Positions 1-8,093 of a DNA stretch of 10,550 bases are shown here, one piece after another. The stretch is from Candidatus Thorarchaeota archaeon (GTDB taxonomy: Archaea; Asgardarchaeota; Thorarchaeia; Thorarchaeales; Thorarchaeaceae), in NCBI GenBank assembly GCA_016839605.1, contig JAEOTX010000111.1, positions 1 to 10,550 of the forward strand, in the 5' to 3' direction. The notes under the pieces are model-generated. The model made no database searches, was not told the origin of the DNA, and saw nothing but the letters and a program-made list of their open reading frames with translations. The position numbers were made by a program, and so were the translations under genes. The stretch's first letter is position 1. Each line of letters opens with the position of its first letter.

Positions 1-2
1 AG

Positions 3-833
3 GATGTTCTAACTCTGAATAAAGGGGATAGAGTAGTAGTAGAACCAACCGTCAATTGCGGAAAGTGCAAATGGTGCAAGAACGGATGGTACCATCTATG
101 TGAGAACTCTGGACTGATCGGTTTCTATTATATCGGAGGGCTGGCCGAATACTGTTTAGCTCCTGAGGAAAAGTGCTTCAAGCTATCTGATGGTACAACC
201 TTTGAGGAAGCGGCAACTATAGACTGCATCGCAGTGGCAGAACATGCTGTCAAACAAGCTGGAGTTTCAACTGAAGACACAGTTGCAATTTTCGGGGCTG
301 GCACAATTGGATTATTCGCTGCTCAGGCTGCGCTTGTAGCTGGTGCTAGAGAAGTGTATGTGAGTGGCACACACACATTCCAGATTAGGGCTGCAGAGCG
401 TTTTGGAATCGCTTCAGCAATTAATGCGCGGAAGGAGAATCCAGTTGAAAAGATAATGGAACTCACATCTAACAAAGGTGTCGATAAGGTTATCGAGGCT
501 GTTGGAGGAGAGGCTCCAGTAATTGATGAAGGCATTAGTGTGCTTCGTAGGAGAGGAACGCTTGTAGTTACAGGCATCTTCTTGAAACCAGTACCCATCA
601 ACATGTTCAGCCTCCTGACAAAGGAAATTGTACTTACAGGTGCTTGGGGGTATGGATATTGGACGCATCTAAAAGAGTTTGAAGTATCACTGAAGCTTTT
701 AGAATCCGGGAGGGTTGATGCTAAGTCATTGATCACTCATAGATTTCAATTAGAGGAAGCATCCAAAGCCTTTGAAGTCGCGTTAGACAAAAGGAATTCA
801 GAGTCGATAAAGGTACAGATTGTTATCGATTAA
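3..833 (+). CDS. Zn-dependent medium-chain dehydrogenase (threonine/sorbitol dehydrogenase-like MDR), 5'-truncated by window edge
   Basis: The frame is open from base 3, so the ORF-track start at 234 is internal. Translation gives KGDRVVVEPTVNCGKCKWCKNGWYHLC (GDRV plus the structural Zn motif CxxCxxC-x7-C), GGLAEY, the Rossmann motif GAGTIG, GVDKVIEAVG, and C-terminal LITHRFQLEEASKAF. TAA stop at 831-833. Confidence 0.93.
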   Translation, partial: DVLTLNKGDRVVVEPTVNCGKCKWCKNGWYHLCENSGLIGFYYIGGLAEYCLAPEEKCFKLSDGTTFEEAATIDCIAVAEHAVKQAGVSTEDTVAIFGAGTIGLFAAQAALVAGAREVYVSGTHTFQIRAAERFGIASAINARKENPVEKIMELTSNKGVDKVIEAVGGEAPVIDEGISVLRRRGTLVVTGIFLKPVPINMFSLLTKEIVLTGAWGYGYWTHLKEFEVSLKLLESGRVDAKSLITHRFQLEEASKAFEVALDKRNSESIKVQIVID

Positions 834-862
834 AGGTGAGTACAGAGAGAAGGGTGATAGTG

Positions 863-1375
863 TTGTCAGATGATGAATTAACATGGGACCTTTGCAACGA
901 GCTTGTAGCTGGAGAGATTGCTACTAGATGCCTGATTGTATCATACTTCATCCATAGACTGCCCGACAAATATGGTGCTGAGATACTGGAAGACATCAAG
1001 CAAGCTAACTATGATGCTGGGTATGTGGCTGGCAGGAATGCCGCTAAGGCAATGGGAAAGAATGATCTCGTTACACTAGGAGAGCTTTTCGGAGGAACGA
1101 ATGTATTCAATCCTGAAATTGTAGAAATTTCAGAAGACAGGGCTGTTATTCATTGGCGGAGATGTCCTGTGCCTACACTTGCCCCAACATTCAAGGAGAT
1201 GAACCTTTCAGAGGACTACCTAGAGACCGTCTGTCCGATTCTAGAACTATTTGACCATGGTTTCGTTGAAGGCTGGAATCCAGAACTCGAAACGCAGACC
1301 CCTCCTGATTTGGGGGAAACCGGTCTTCAGAGGGGCGGTGATTTCTGCACCGTTATCATAGCCAAGAAGAGATGA
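863..1375 (+). CDS. Small Cys-containing V4R / L-2-amino-thiazoline-4-carboxylate hydrolase-like protein (paralog 1)
   Basis: Motifs KYGAEILEDIKQANYDAGYVAG, RRCP, VCPILELFDHG and QRGGDFC fit the V4R/ATC-hydrolase-like pattern. SD GGTGA at 853-857 favours TTG 863 (or GTG 860) over GTG 836. Confidence 0.7.
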   Translation: MSDDELTWDLCNELVAGEIATRCLIVSYFIHRLPDKYGAEILEDIKQANYDAGYVAGRNAAKAMGKNDLVTLGELFGGTNVFNPEIVEISEDRAVIHWRRCPVPTLAPTFKEMNLSEDYLETVCPILELFDHGFVEGWNPELETQTPPDLGETGLQRGGDFCTVIIAKKR

Positions 1376-1379
1376 ATTC

Positions 1380-1400
1380 TTGCATCCTATTGGAATGCAA
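1380..1400. terminator. Short hairpin between convergent genes, possible terminator
   Basis: TTGCAT-CC-tatt-GG-a-ATGCAA inverted repeat just after the TGA at 1375, in the 83-nt gap between convergent stops. No strong U-tract follows. Confidence 0.3.
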
Positions 1401-1458
1401 CAATCCCAGTAGATGTAATGAGCTTCTACACAACGTGAGAGTCAGTTTCAAAGAAGGC

Positions 1459-2238
1459 TTAACCTGTAGGCGTGTCAACATCCTTATACCATTTCTTGGA
1501 TGTGCCCACTCTCGCTCTCATTTTCCACCCTCTACTTTTTGGTTTGTCTTCAAAAATGCGAAGGAGATCATCTATTCTATCATTGACCGTTTTCTTTTCC
1601 TCTTCCTTAAGCACTTCGAACTCGGACATCAAGGTCGCGACTTTCTTCAGGTTTGTAGTGACTGTGTAGTAGAATCCCCAATCTTTTGAGAGGATCTCTG
1701 AGATGTACTTTGCATTAATGGTGTTATCATCATTCTCACCAATATCATGGGCGAGAATCAGCATAGTGGTATCAATGATGTCTTTCTCACTAATCTTCAC
1801 GATCTGCATCTTCTGAAGTAGCAGTTCTGCAAGTGGGACTGTTGGCTTGTCAATCTCAAGACGCTTCTTGTACTCAATCTTGTGACACATCTCCAAGCGA
1901 TCAAGAAAAACATCAATATGTCTTCCATCTGCATTGTTGGTAAATATCATTCTTCCCCCAAGTGCAAAACTAAAAGACAGCATTTTGCGTGAATAGTTCT
2001 GGCTCTCCAAGAACTTCTCTATCTTGGATGTTTGTTTCTCATAGGCGACGTAGTCAATGTCTGTGATGAACCTACCAAGCTTTTCATGGAGATACGCGAA
2101 GGAAGGACTGTGGAGTCTGATAGCAATAGCTCCCATTAGTCTTAGAATGATTCCTTGCTTTTCGGCCTCTTCTATTATTCTGAGAGCCTCATCAACAAAC
2201 TCCTGGTGATTTCCTCTATCTCCTTCCATTCTAAACAC
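1459..2238 (-). CDS. Uncharacterised Pol-beta-superfamily nucleotidyltransferase
   Basis: LRLMGAIAIRLH...RFITDIDYV (hG[G/S/A]...DxD, with DID at 2053-2061) and a candidate third Asp in HIDVF. The helical C-terminus contains LLLQK...EKDIID. Start is GTG 2238 or ATG 2229. Confidence 0.75.
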   Translation of the reverse strand: MFRMEGDRGNHQEFVDEALRIIEEAEKQGIILRLMGAIAIRLHSPSFAYLHEKLGRFITDIDYVAYEKQTSKIEKFLESQNYSRKMLSFSFALGGRMIFTNNADGRHIDVFLDRLEMCHKIEYKKRLEIDKPTVPLAELLLQKMQIVKISEKDIIDTTMLILAHDIGENDDNTINAKYISEILSKDWGFYYTVTTNLKKVATLMSEFEVLKEEEKKTVNDRIDDLLRIFEDKPKSRGWKMRARVGTSKKWYKDVDTPTG

Positions 2239-2267
2239 TTCGAAATCTCATCTCGAATTCTGTAACG

Positions 2268-2275
2268 TTTAAATA
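2268..2275. promoter_or_regulatory. Candidate bidirectional archaeal TATA box
   Basis: TTTAAATA, whose TTTAAA core is palindromic, lies in the 71-nt gap between the divergent starts at 2238 (-) and 2310 (+), about 30-35 nt from each. Confidence 0.5.
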
Positions 2276-2309
2276 TCTATTTCGGCCGCTGGCTTAAAGA
2301 GGTTTAATC

Positions 2310-3260
2310 TTGACTCGCATCTTCTTCTCCTGCGATGCTCATGGAAGCGTTCCAGTTCTTCGTAAAATGGTAAAGGTCCATGAAGCCTACAACTGTGAGG
2401 TCGTCATGATGTGCGGAGACCTTACTGGAAAAGCAGTTGTGCCTATAGTTGAAGAAAAGCCAGGTGTTTGGTGGTCCGCCCCTTGGGGACGAAAAGAGAA
2501 ATACAAGTCTGAAAAGGACCTCCAACGAGCTAAAGACATCTATGAAAAGCGGGGGTTCTATTGGTTCTTCACTACCGAACCAGAGCTGGAAGAGCTTCAA
2601 TCCACTCCCGACAAAGTTCAAGCCCTCTTTCAAAAGCTAATGCTTGAGCGCATGGAGTATTGGATAAATCTCATTGAAGAGAAAGTCCCGAATGATATAA
2701 TGGTGGTTGTTAGCCCTGGCAACGACGATTCTGAGGATATTGATGAACTCATCAAAGGCAGCAGTAGAATCACACAATCCATTGAGCGAGTTGTGGATCT
2801 TGATGATAGACACCAGATGATCTCATGTGAGTGGGTGAACTCCACACCATGGGATACACCACGTGAATGTCCTGAAGATGAATTAATGGAGAAGCTCGAG
2901 AAAGAGTATGGTAGGATTGATTCCTACGAGAACCTTGTGTGCAACTTCCATGCTCCCCCATACGGAACGATGATTGACTTGGCTCCAAAGTTAGATGATA
3001 AACAGCAAGTAAAAATTCGGTATGGCTCTCCAGAGATGGTTCCTGTAGGGAGCAAAAGCATTCGCGACACTTTTGAGAGGTACCAGCCTCTCTTAGGTCT
3101 TCATGGTCATATTCATGAATCGGTAGGAATGGAACGCATTGGTCGGACCCTTTGTGTCAACCCGGGTTCCGCATATACACAAGGAATGCTGAATGCGTTT
3201 GTGATTGATTTACCCGAGAAATCTGGAGACGAAGTGGTTGCCGTCAGTGTGACAGCGTAA
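2310..3260 (+). CDS. Calcineurin-like (Icc-related) metallophosphoesterase
   Basis: All five MPP motifs are present: DAHGS, GDLTGK, PGNDD, HAPPY and GLHGHIHES, followed by NPGS. TTG start with SD-like GAGGT at 2299-2303; stop TAA. Confidence 0.92.
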   Translation: MTRIFFSCDAHGSVPVLRKMVKVHEAYNCEVVMMCGDLTGKAVVPIVEEKPGVWWSAPWGRKEKYKSEKDLQRAKDIYEKRGFYWFFTTEPELEELQSTPDKVQALFQKLMLERMEYWINLIEEKVPNDIMVVVSPGNDDSEDIDELIKGSSRITQSIERVVDLDDRHQMISCEWVNSTPWDTPRECPEDELMEKLEKEYGRIDSYENLVCNFHAPPYGTMIDLAPKLDDKQQVKIRYGSPEMVPVGSKSIRDTFERYQPLLGLHGHIHESVGMERIGRTLCVNPGSAYTQGMLNAFVIDLPEKSGDEVVAVSVTA

Positions 3261-3284
3261 TAATATCTATGCAGGTGATCGATA

Positions 3285-3977
3285 GTGTCCATCGACAGTG
3301 GAGGAAGCAGACGCGAAAGGAAAAAGGAAAGAGTGTCTCGTCCTGGCGAAATTGATCCTGACGATGTTCGGAAAGCAATCTATCACATTGATGCATATCG
3401 GTCTCATATATTCTACAATCTTAGCTTTGTGGAGAAGATGGTTGAAGCTGGAACCCTTGGTCGCCCCTTCGGCCAAAAATGGAAGAAGCTTAGTAGAAGA
3501 CTCATCAAAATGGCACGTGGTCCAACATCGAATCCAGATACTGTCCGTCTTGCGAAGTATCAGTCATATACGGAGGCATTCTGGCAGATTGCGATTCCAA
3601 TAGTGTTCATCTTGCTAATAGTTGGTCTAATAGCTCCCAATTTACCTGTTATCAGCACAATTGCTCCCTACGTGATGATCATTGCTTTTTCTGCCATGAT
3701 TATTGGCCTCCTAGGACGTAATCTATTAGGTGCCCGCATTGCAAAGCATATTGAAGATTACTTCCAGAATAACCCTGAAGCGCAAAAGCTCCGAGTTGAA
3801 GAACTGCAATCAGTAGTTCAGGGATTAATCAATGAAGTGCGACGAGCTCTACATCAAATGAAAGAAGATCCTGAAGAACACTTGATTGGTATTGGACTCT
3901 TGGACTACGATTTTATCGAAGTAGTGAAGGAGCCAAGACCATGGCGGAAATACTATTTGGTTAAGATTACTTACTGA
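3285..3977 (+). CDS. Hypothetical membrane protein with two central TM helices
   Basis: 230 aa with a basic N-terminus and two hydrophobic segments (AFWQIAIPIVFILLIVGLIAP; ISTIAPYVMIIAFSAMIIGLLG), then a soluble helical C-terminus. Strong SD AGGTGATC at 3273-3280. It starts 24 nt after the phosphoesterase stop. Confidence 0.8.
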   Translation: MSIDSGGSRRERKKERVSRPGEIDPDDVRKAIYHIDAYRSHIFYNLSFVEKMVEAGTLGRPFGQKWKKLSRRLIKMARGPTSNPDTVRLAKYQSYTEAFWQIAIPIVFILLIVGLIAPNLPVISTIAPYVMIIAFSAMIIGLLGRNLLGARIAKHIEDYFQNNPEAQKLRVEELQSVVQGLINEVRRALHQMKEDPEEHLIGIGLLDYDFIEVVKEPRPWRKYYLVKITY

Positions 3978-4138
3978 GGATTGGCTGGTTATTTTAATTC
4001 GACATAGGCGACTTAGCTTTTCTGCTTATTTATTTAATAGAAACGACAACTCTTATTACATCGATTAACTACATAGCCGATTCATCTTCTCTGATTTAGG
4101 AGTCAGAGGAGCCTACTAGAAATAGAGGGAGAGATTAG

Positions 4139-5719
4139 ATGTCACAAGACGTACTCTTTCTTAGGCCAACATCAGGGCTGACCAAGTATTTCGGTACATG
4201 GACATCCCTGTTTGCAATAATTGGTGCAAGCTTAGGAACGTATCAATGGCTATTTGTAGGCGTATTACAGGACATGTACCCAGGTATCAACGCAGGTGCA
4301 ACCTGGGGTATCGGCATGTTCTTCATGCTTCTGTATACCGTCATGATGACCCTGTTGTCAATGGCCATGCCTCGTTCGTCTGGTTTATACCAAATCTCTG
4401 CGCGAGGATTTAATCCAGTTGCAGGGACAATTGCAGTTTGGCGTGGAATAATTGCTAATCCCATCATAAAGACAAGTGAATTCTACCTCTTTCTTGTATT
4501 CTTGGGCGCTGCATTTGCTCAGTGGGGCGCTGTCACTAGTAATGCCGGAATGCAGGCACTTGGAGCTACTTTCTCCACACAGAGCCCCATGGTGCTGGTT
4601 ACGGTTTCGATACTGTTGATGGCAGTGTTCTCATTGATTGCATACTTCGGGCCGTTACTCAAGATGGAACCAAGAATACAGATGGCGGGAGGTGTCTTCT
4701 CTACTATAGGATGGATATTAGCACTACTTGTACTAGTCGGCACACCAACAGCTGCTGTTTCAAGTCGTTGGGACGCAGTATGGGGTGCAGGCGCGTACAC
4801 AGAAGTGCAAACAGTCGCCGCCGCTGCAGGATATGCCGCGCCGGCGTTCAGCATTGAAATGACGCTGTTAGCTACAGTGTGGCCAATCGGATTGACGTGG
4901 CCATACCTGATTCTGCTCTATGGTGGAGAAGTTTCCGATCCAGCGAAGAATCTTGTACTGACTCAGCTTCTCGGTGGTCTTATCCTGGCCGGTTTGCTCA
5001 CTGCAGGTGCGGGTCTCTTCCAAGGAGTCTTTGGTACCTTCTCCAGCGAATATGCCTTGGCGGCGAGTACAGGAAATCTGACGCAAACAGGAGTCTTCCA
5101 AGGAGGTCTAGGGACATTCACTGCGACGTTAGCTGCAAATCCATTTATCTCTGGCTGGATATTACTTTCGCCAGTAATTATTGGACTTACAGCTACTCCG
5201 ATAAACATGGCATGGGTGACGAGAGGATTCTTCCAAGCTTCGCTTGATAGGATGATGCCATCCTTCTTCGGCAAGCTCTCGAAGCATCATACGCCTACCT
5301 ATGCAATCCTATACTACTTCTGCTTTGGAGCTCCGTTTGCATTTGCCTACGCAATGCCAGGACTAAGTGGATTCTTAGCGGTAGTCACTTCGTTAGTGGG
5401 ATTATGGGGCATCGAGATGATATTCCAATCAATGGCAGCGTTACAGCTGCCGTTTATGAGACGGCCGTTATACGAAGGAAGTATACGGCAACAACCAGAA
5501 ATCGCAGGATTTGCATTAGTGTCGTTACTTGGCGTAATCATACTGCCAGTATCATTGTTCCTCCTGATTGGATTCTTCCAAGGAGCCGCATTCCTGTCGA
5601 TTATCTCGATGTGTGTCCAGTATGGATTCTCGGCGTTATGGTTCGTGTATTTTGCGCGACGTCTACAGAAGCAAAACATAGACATCGATGCGATTTACAC
5701 GTCACTGTCGCCTGAGTAG
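4139..5719 (+). CDS. APC-superfamily amino acid/amine permease
   Basis: 526 aa with about 12 hydrophobic segments. APC hallmarks: N-terminal FLRPTSGL, AMPRSSGLY, YGGEVSDP, RGFFQASLDRMMPSFFGKL..HHTP, and C-terminal IYTSLSPE. Confidence 0.9.
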   Translation: MSQDVLFLRPTSGLTKYFGTWTSLFAIIGASLGTYQWLFVGVLQDMYPGINAGATWGIGMFFMLLYTVMMTLLSMAMPRSSGLYQISARGFNPVAGTIAVWRGIIANPIIKTSEFYLFLVFLGAAFAQWGAVTSNAGMQALGATFSTQSPMVLVTVSILLMAVFSLIAYFGPLLKMEPRIQMAGGVFSTIGWILALLVLVGTPTAAVSSRWDAVWGAGAYTEVQTVAAAAGYAAPAFSIEMTLLATVWPIGLTWPYLILLYGGEVSDPAKNLVLTQLLGGLILAGLLTAGAGLFQGVFGTFSSEYALAASTGNLTQTGVFQGGLGTFTATLAANPFISGWILLSPVIIGLTATPINMAWVTRGFFQASLDRMMPSFFGKLSKHHTPTYAILYYFCFGAPFAFAYAMPGLSGFLAVVTSLVGLWGIEMIFQSMAALQLPFMRRPLYEGSIRQQPEIAGFALVSLLGVIILPVSLFLLIGFFQGAAFLSIISMCVQYGFSALWFVYFARRLQKQNIDIDAIYTSLSPE

Positions 5720-5729
5720 TTTCATTCCA

Positions 5730-5771
5730 GCCTGAGGACTAACAACCCTCGGGCACCACCCCTTTTTTTTT
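5730..5771 (+). terminator. Intrinsic terminator after the permease
   Basis: Stem GCCTGAGG / CCTCGGGC (5730-5754, one G-U pair) followed by T9 at 5763-5771, beginning 11 nt after the stop. Confidence 0.7.
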
Positions 5772-5961
5772 GCGCTTGATTCATTTTGCGTGTTGATAAT
5801 ATAATGCTAGTTAAGTACTGAACAGTTTAGTTTGTTTAAGAAGAACGGCTAGAGATATAAGATGGAATAGCAATCATCCTATTTGCGCGAAGCGTTGAGT
5901 GCATGCTTTTGCATTCTGCAGAACAAGTAAGCCATCAAGAGAAATGAGGAGGAGATATGAT

Positions 5962-6612
5962 TTGACTCCCTCGATATTTGAGGAACTCGAAATAGCTGTT
6001 ATTGAAGGAGATTCTGAACAATGCGAAGAACTAGCTAAGAAGTCCTTGGATCAGAAAATTCCCCCGTTGGACGCAATCACAAATGGATTGGCAAAAGGAG
6101 TAAAGTCTGTTGGAGACAAGTTCAGCAAAGGAGAGGTCTTCTTAGTAGAACTCATCATGGCAGGAGATGCAATGAAAGCTGGCATGTCTGTTCTGCTCCC
6201 TGAAATCAAGGCTTCAAAAGCTGAGATGAAGACTCTTGGAAAGGTCATGCTCGGCACAGTGGATGGTGATATTCACAGCATAGGCAAGGACATAGTGGCG
6301 ACACTTCTGGAGGCTGAAGGCTTTGAAGTCATCAATATTGGAGAGGATGTATCCTCAGAAATATTCGTTGAGAAAGTGAAGGAACACTCACCTGACATCC
6401 TAGGGCTGTCTTCTCTACTGACAGCAACGATGCCCGCGCAGAAAGAAGTAATTGAGATGCTTGACAAGGCTGGACTGAAGGATAAAGTCAAGGTGATTAT
6501 TGGAGGGGCTCCAACAACCAATGAATGGGCAGACGAAATAGGTGCTGATGGCTGGGCAGGAGATGCGGTCAGTGCTGTGGAGCTTGTAAAACAGCTCGTT
6601 GGGGGCAATTGA
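5962..6612 (+). CDS. Methyltransferase cognate corrinoid protein (MttC/MtbC/MtgC-like)
   Basis: N-terminal cap domain (GLAKGVKSVGDKFSKGEVFLVEL), B12 motif GTVDGDIHSIGKDIV (DxHxxG), GLSSLLT and IIGGAP. GAGGAGGAG SD at 5946-5954 supports TTG 5962 rather than GTG 5899. Confidence 0.95.
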   Translation: MTPSIFEELEIAVIEGDSEQCEELAKKSLDQKIPPLDAITNGLAKGVKSVGDKFSKGEVFLVELIMAGDAMKAGMSVLLPEIKASKAEMKTLGKVMLGTVDGDIHSIGKDIVATLLEAEGFEVINIGEDVSSEIFVEKVKEHSPDILGLSSLLTATMPAQKEVIEMLDKAGLKDKVKVIIGGAPTTNEWADEIGADGWAGDAVSAVELVKQLVGGN

Positions 6613-6629
6613 ATTACAGGAGGTATTGC

Positions 6630-8069
6630 ATGTTCAATTTACTAGGTCGAAACGAAATATCCGATATTCATGTAGCGTCGATGGAGGTTCTTGAACAGGT
6701 CGGAGTTATGATTCAACATGATGAAGCACTGCGAATTCTTGGGGATGCAGGTGCAGTTGTGGATGATAAGACCAAAGTTGTGAAAATTCCCGAGCACCTA
6801 TTACAGGAAGCCTTGCAGAAGGCTCCTGGCAGACATTTGATGGCGTCGCGAGATCCAAAGCACAACTTCGTTATTGGGGATGGAGCGTCATATTACACAA
6901 ATGCGTTCGGGGCTCATTATACTCTGGATTTGGAAACTGGTGAGCGAAGACTTTCAACGGTGAAGGATCTTGAGGAATTCACACTTCTTGCTGATTTCTA
7001 CCCAACTGTAGACTACATCAAGCCACACATTCTCCCACAGGATGTGTCCAAATCCATCTGGGAGCAAGAGATGGCATTGGCCATGTTCAGAAATGCAGAG
7101 AAGCACCTCAGTCTAGTGGCTTTGACTCCTCAAGGGTGGAGAGACGTAATCAAGATGTCTATGATTGCAGCAGGAGGTGAGGAGGAGTTCATTAAGAATC
7201 CGTCTTTCATTGATACTGGCTTCAATAATGTTCCACCGCTCAAGTACACCCCCGAAATTATAGACATGATTCTGGAATGTGCGAAATACAAGATACCATT
7301 CGACATCAGCACTGGTGCACTTGCCAGTGCCAGTAGCCCTGTCACTTTGGCAGGTACGATTGTGCAGGGGATAGTTGAGAATCACGCAATTGTCGTACTG
7401 ACACAGCTTGTGGGACCTGGTACACCCATCATGTGGGGGTCCTGTGCTACCATTCTGGACCAGAGGTATGGGACTGCAGCTTACGGCTCTCCGGAGAACG
7501 GATTGATTCATGCAGCATTCGCACAAATGGCCCGTTTCTATGGCATACCATATTACGGTGCGGCAGGAGTCATTGATTCAAAAATACCAGACCATCAGGC
7601 AGTTTACGAGAACACCATCAACGTACTGGTTGCAACTCTGGCAGGTGCTGATGTGGTACATGATGCTGTTTATGGAATAGTGGAGGCTGGAGTAACTGCC
7701 AGCTATGAACTGTTCGGTATTAGCAATGAAATCTGTGGCGCAGTCAAGCGAATTGCCAAAGGAATGCGGGTGACAAAGGAGACTCTTGCTGCTGATCTAA
7801 TAGCTGCAGTTGGGCATGAGAAGAACTACCTAAATACACCAGAGGCATTGAAGTATACGAAGAAGCATTTGCTAGAGGAGCAATGGCAGCCTGTCTTGAC
7901 GGAAAGAGCGTCGCGACCTGAATGGGAGAAGAGAGGTTCAAAAGACATGTTCCAAAGAGCAAAAGAACAAGTCAAGGAGATACTCTCAAGTCATGAGGTT
8001 GAACCATTGGACAAAGATGTGGAAGCAGCCATGCGGAAGATCATAGATAAGAGAGCCAAAGGAAAATAG
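6630..8069 (+). CDS. Non-pyrrolysine trimethylamine methyltransferase (MttB superfamily) corrinoid methyltransferase
   Basis: Motifs IHVASMEVLEQVGV, SSPVTLAGTIVQG, YGSPENGL, AQMARFYGIP and DSKIPDHQAVYE, plus WEKRGSKDMFQRA. No internal TAG. SD GGAGGT at 6619-6624 supports ATG 6630 over TTG 6609. Confidence 0.93.
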   Translation: MFNLLGRNEISDIHVASMEVLEQVGVMIQHDEALRILGDAGAVVDDKTKVVKIPEHLLQEALQKAPGRHLMASRDPKHNFVIGDGASYYTNAFGAHYTLDLETGERRLSTVKDLEEFTLLADFYPTVDYIKPHILPQDVSKSIWEQEMALAMFRNAEKHLSLVALTPQGWRDVIKMSMIAAGGEEEFIKNPSFIDTGFNNVPPLKYTPEIIDMILECAKYKIPFDISTGALASASSPVTLAGTIVQGIVENHAIVVLTQLVGPGTPIMWGSCATILDQRYGTAAYGSPENGLIHAAFAQMARFYGIPYYGAAGVIDSKIPDHQAVYENTINVLVATLAGADVVHDAVYGIVEAGVTASYELFGISNEICGAVKRIAKGMRVTKETLAADLIAAVGHEKNYLNTPEALKYTKKHLLEEQWQPVLTERASRPEWEKRGSKDMFQRAKEQVKEILSSHEVEPLDKDVEAAMRKIIDKRAKGK

Positions 8070-8093
8070 GAAAACATCGAAGGAGTACAGAAA

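Noticed and set aside
323-736. Antisense ORFs over the dehydrogenase (323-736, 414-668)
   Set aside because: They lie entirely opposite a motif-rich gene and have no recognisable motifs; shadow ORFs.
1372-1689. Plus-strand 105-aa ORF overlapping the V4R stop by ATGA
   Set aside because: Most of it is antisense to the NTase and it has no motifs, so the apparent coupling is probably chance.
4198-5715. Many alternative-frame and antisense ORFs in the permease, and a seemingly more GC-rich stretch
   Set aside because: Expected from Ala/Gly/Leu-rich membrane-protein codons. No independent evidence of overprinting or horizontal transfer.
5717-5779. Permease TAG followed by a hairpin (PYLIS-like readthrough?)
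   Set aside because: The protein ends at the family-typical SPE terminus, hairpin plus T9 is better explained as a terminator, and readthrough would reach a TGA within about 20 codons.
5772-5961. Cobalamin or fluoride riboswitch, or tRNA, upstream of the corrinoid gene
   Set aside because: No B12-box, GGGAA or GCCACTG elements, no crcB consensus beyond GATGG, and no T-loop GTTC or 7-bp acceptor stem.
5899-5961. ORF-track N-terminal extension of the corrinoid protein (likewise the 836 and 6609 starts)
   Set aside because: SD positions and family-typical N-termini favour the downstream starts 5962, 863 and 6630.
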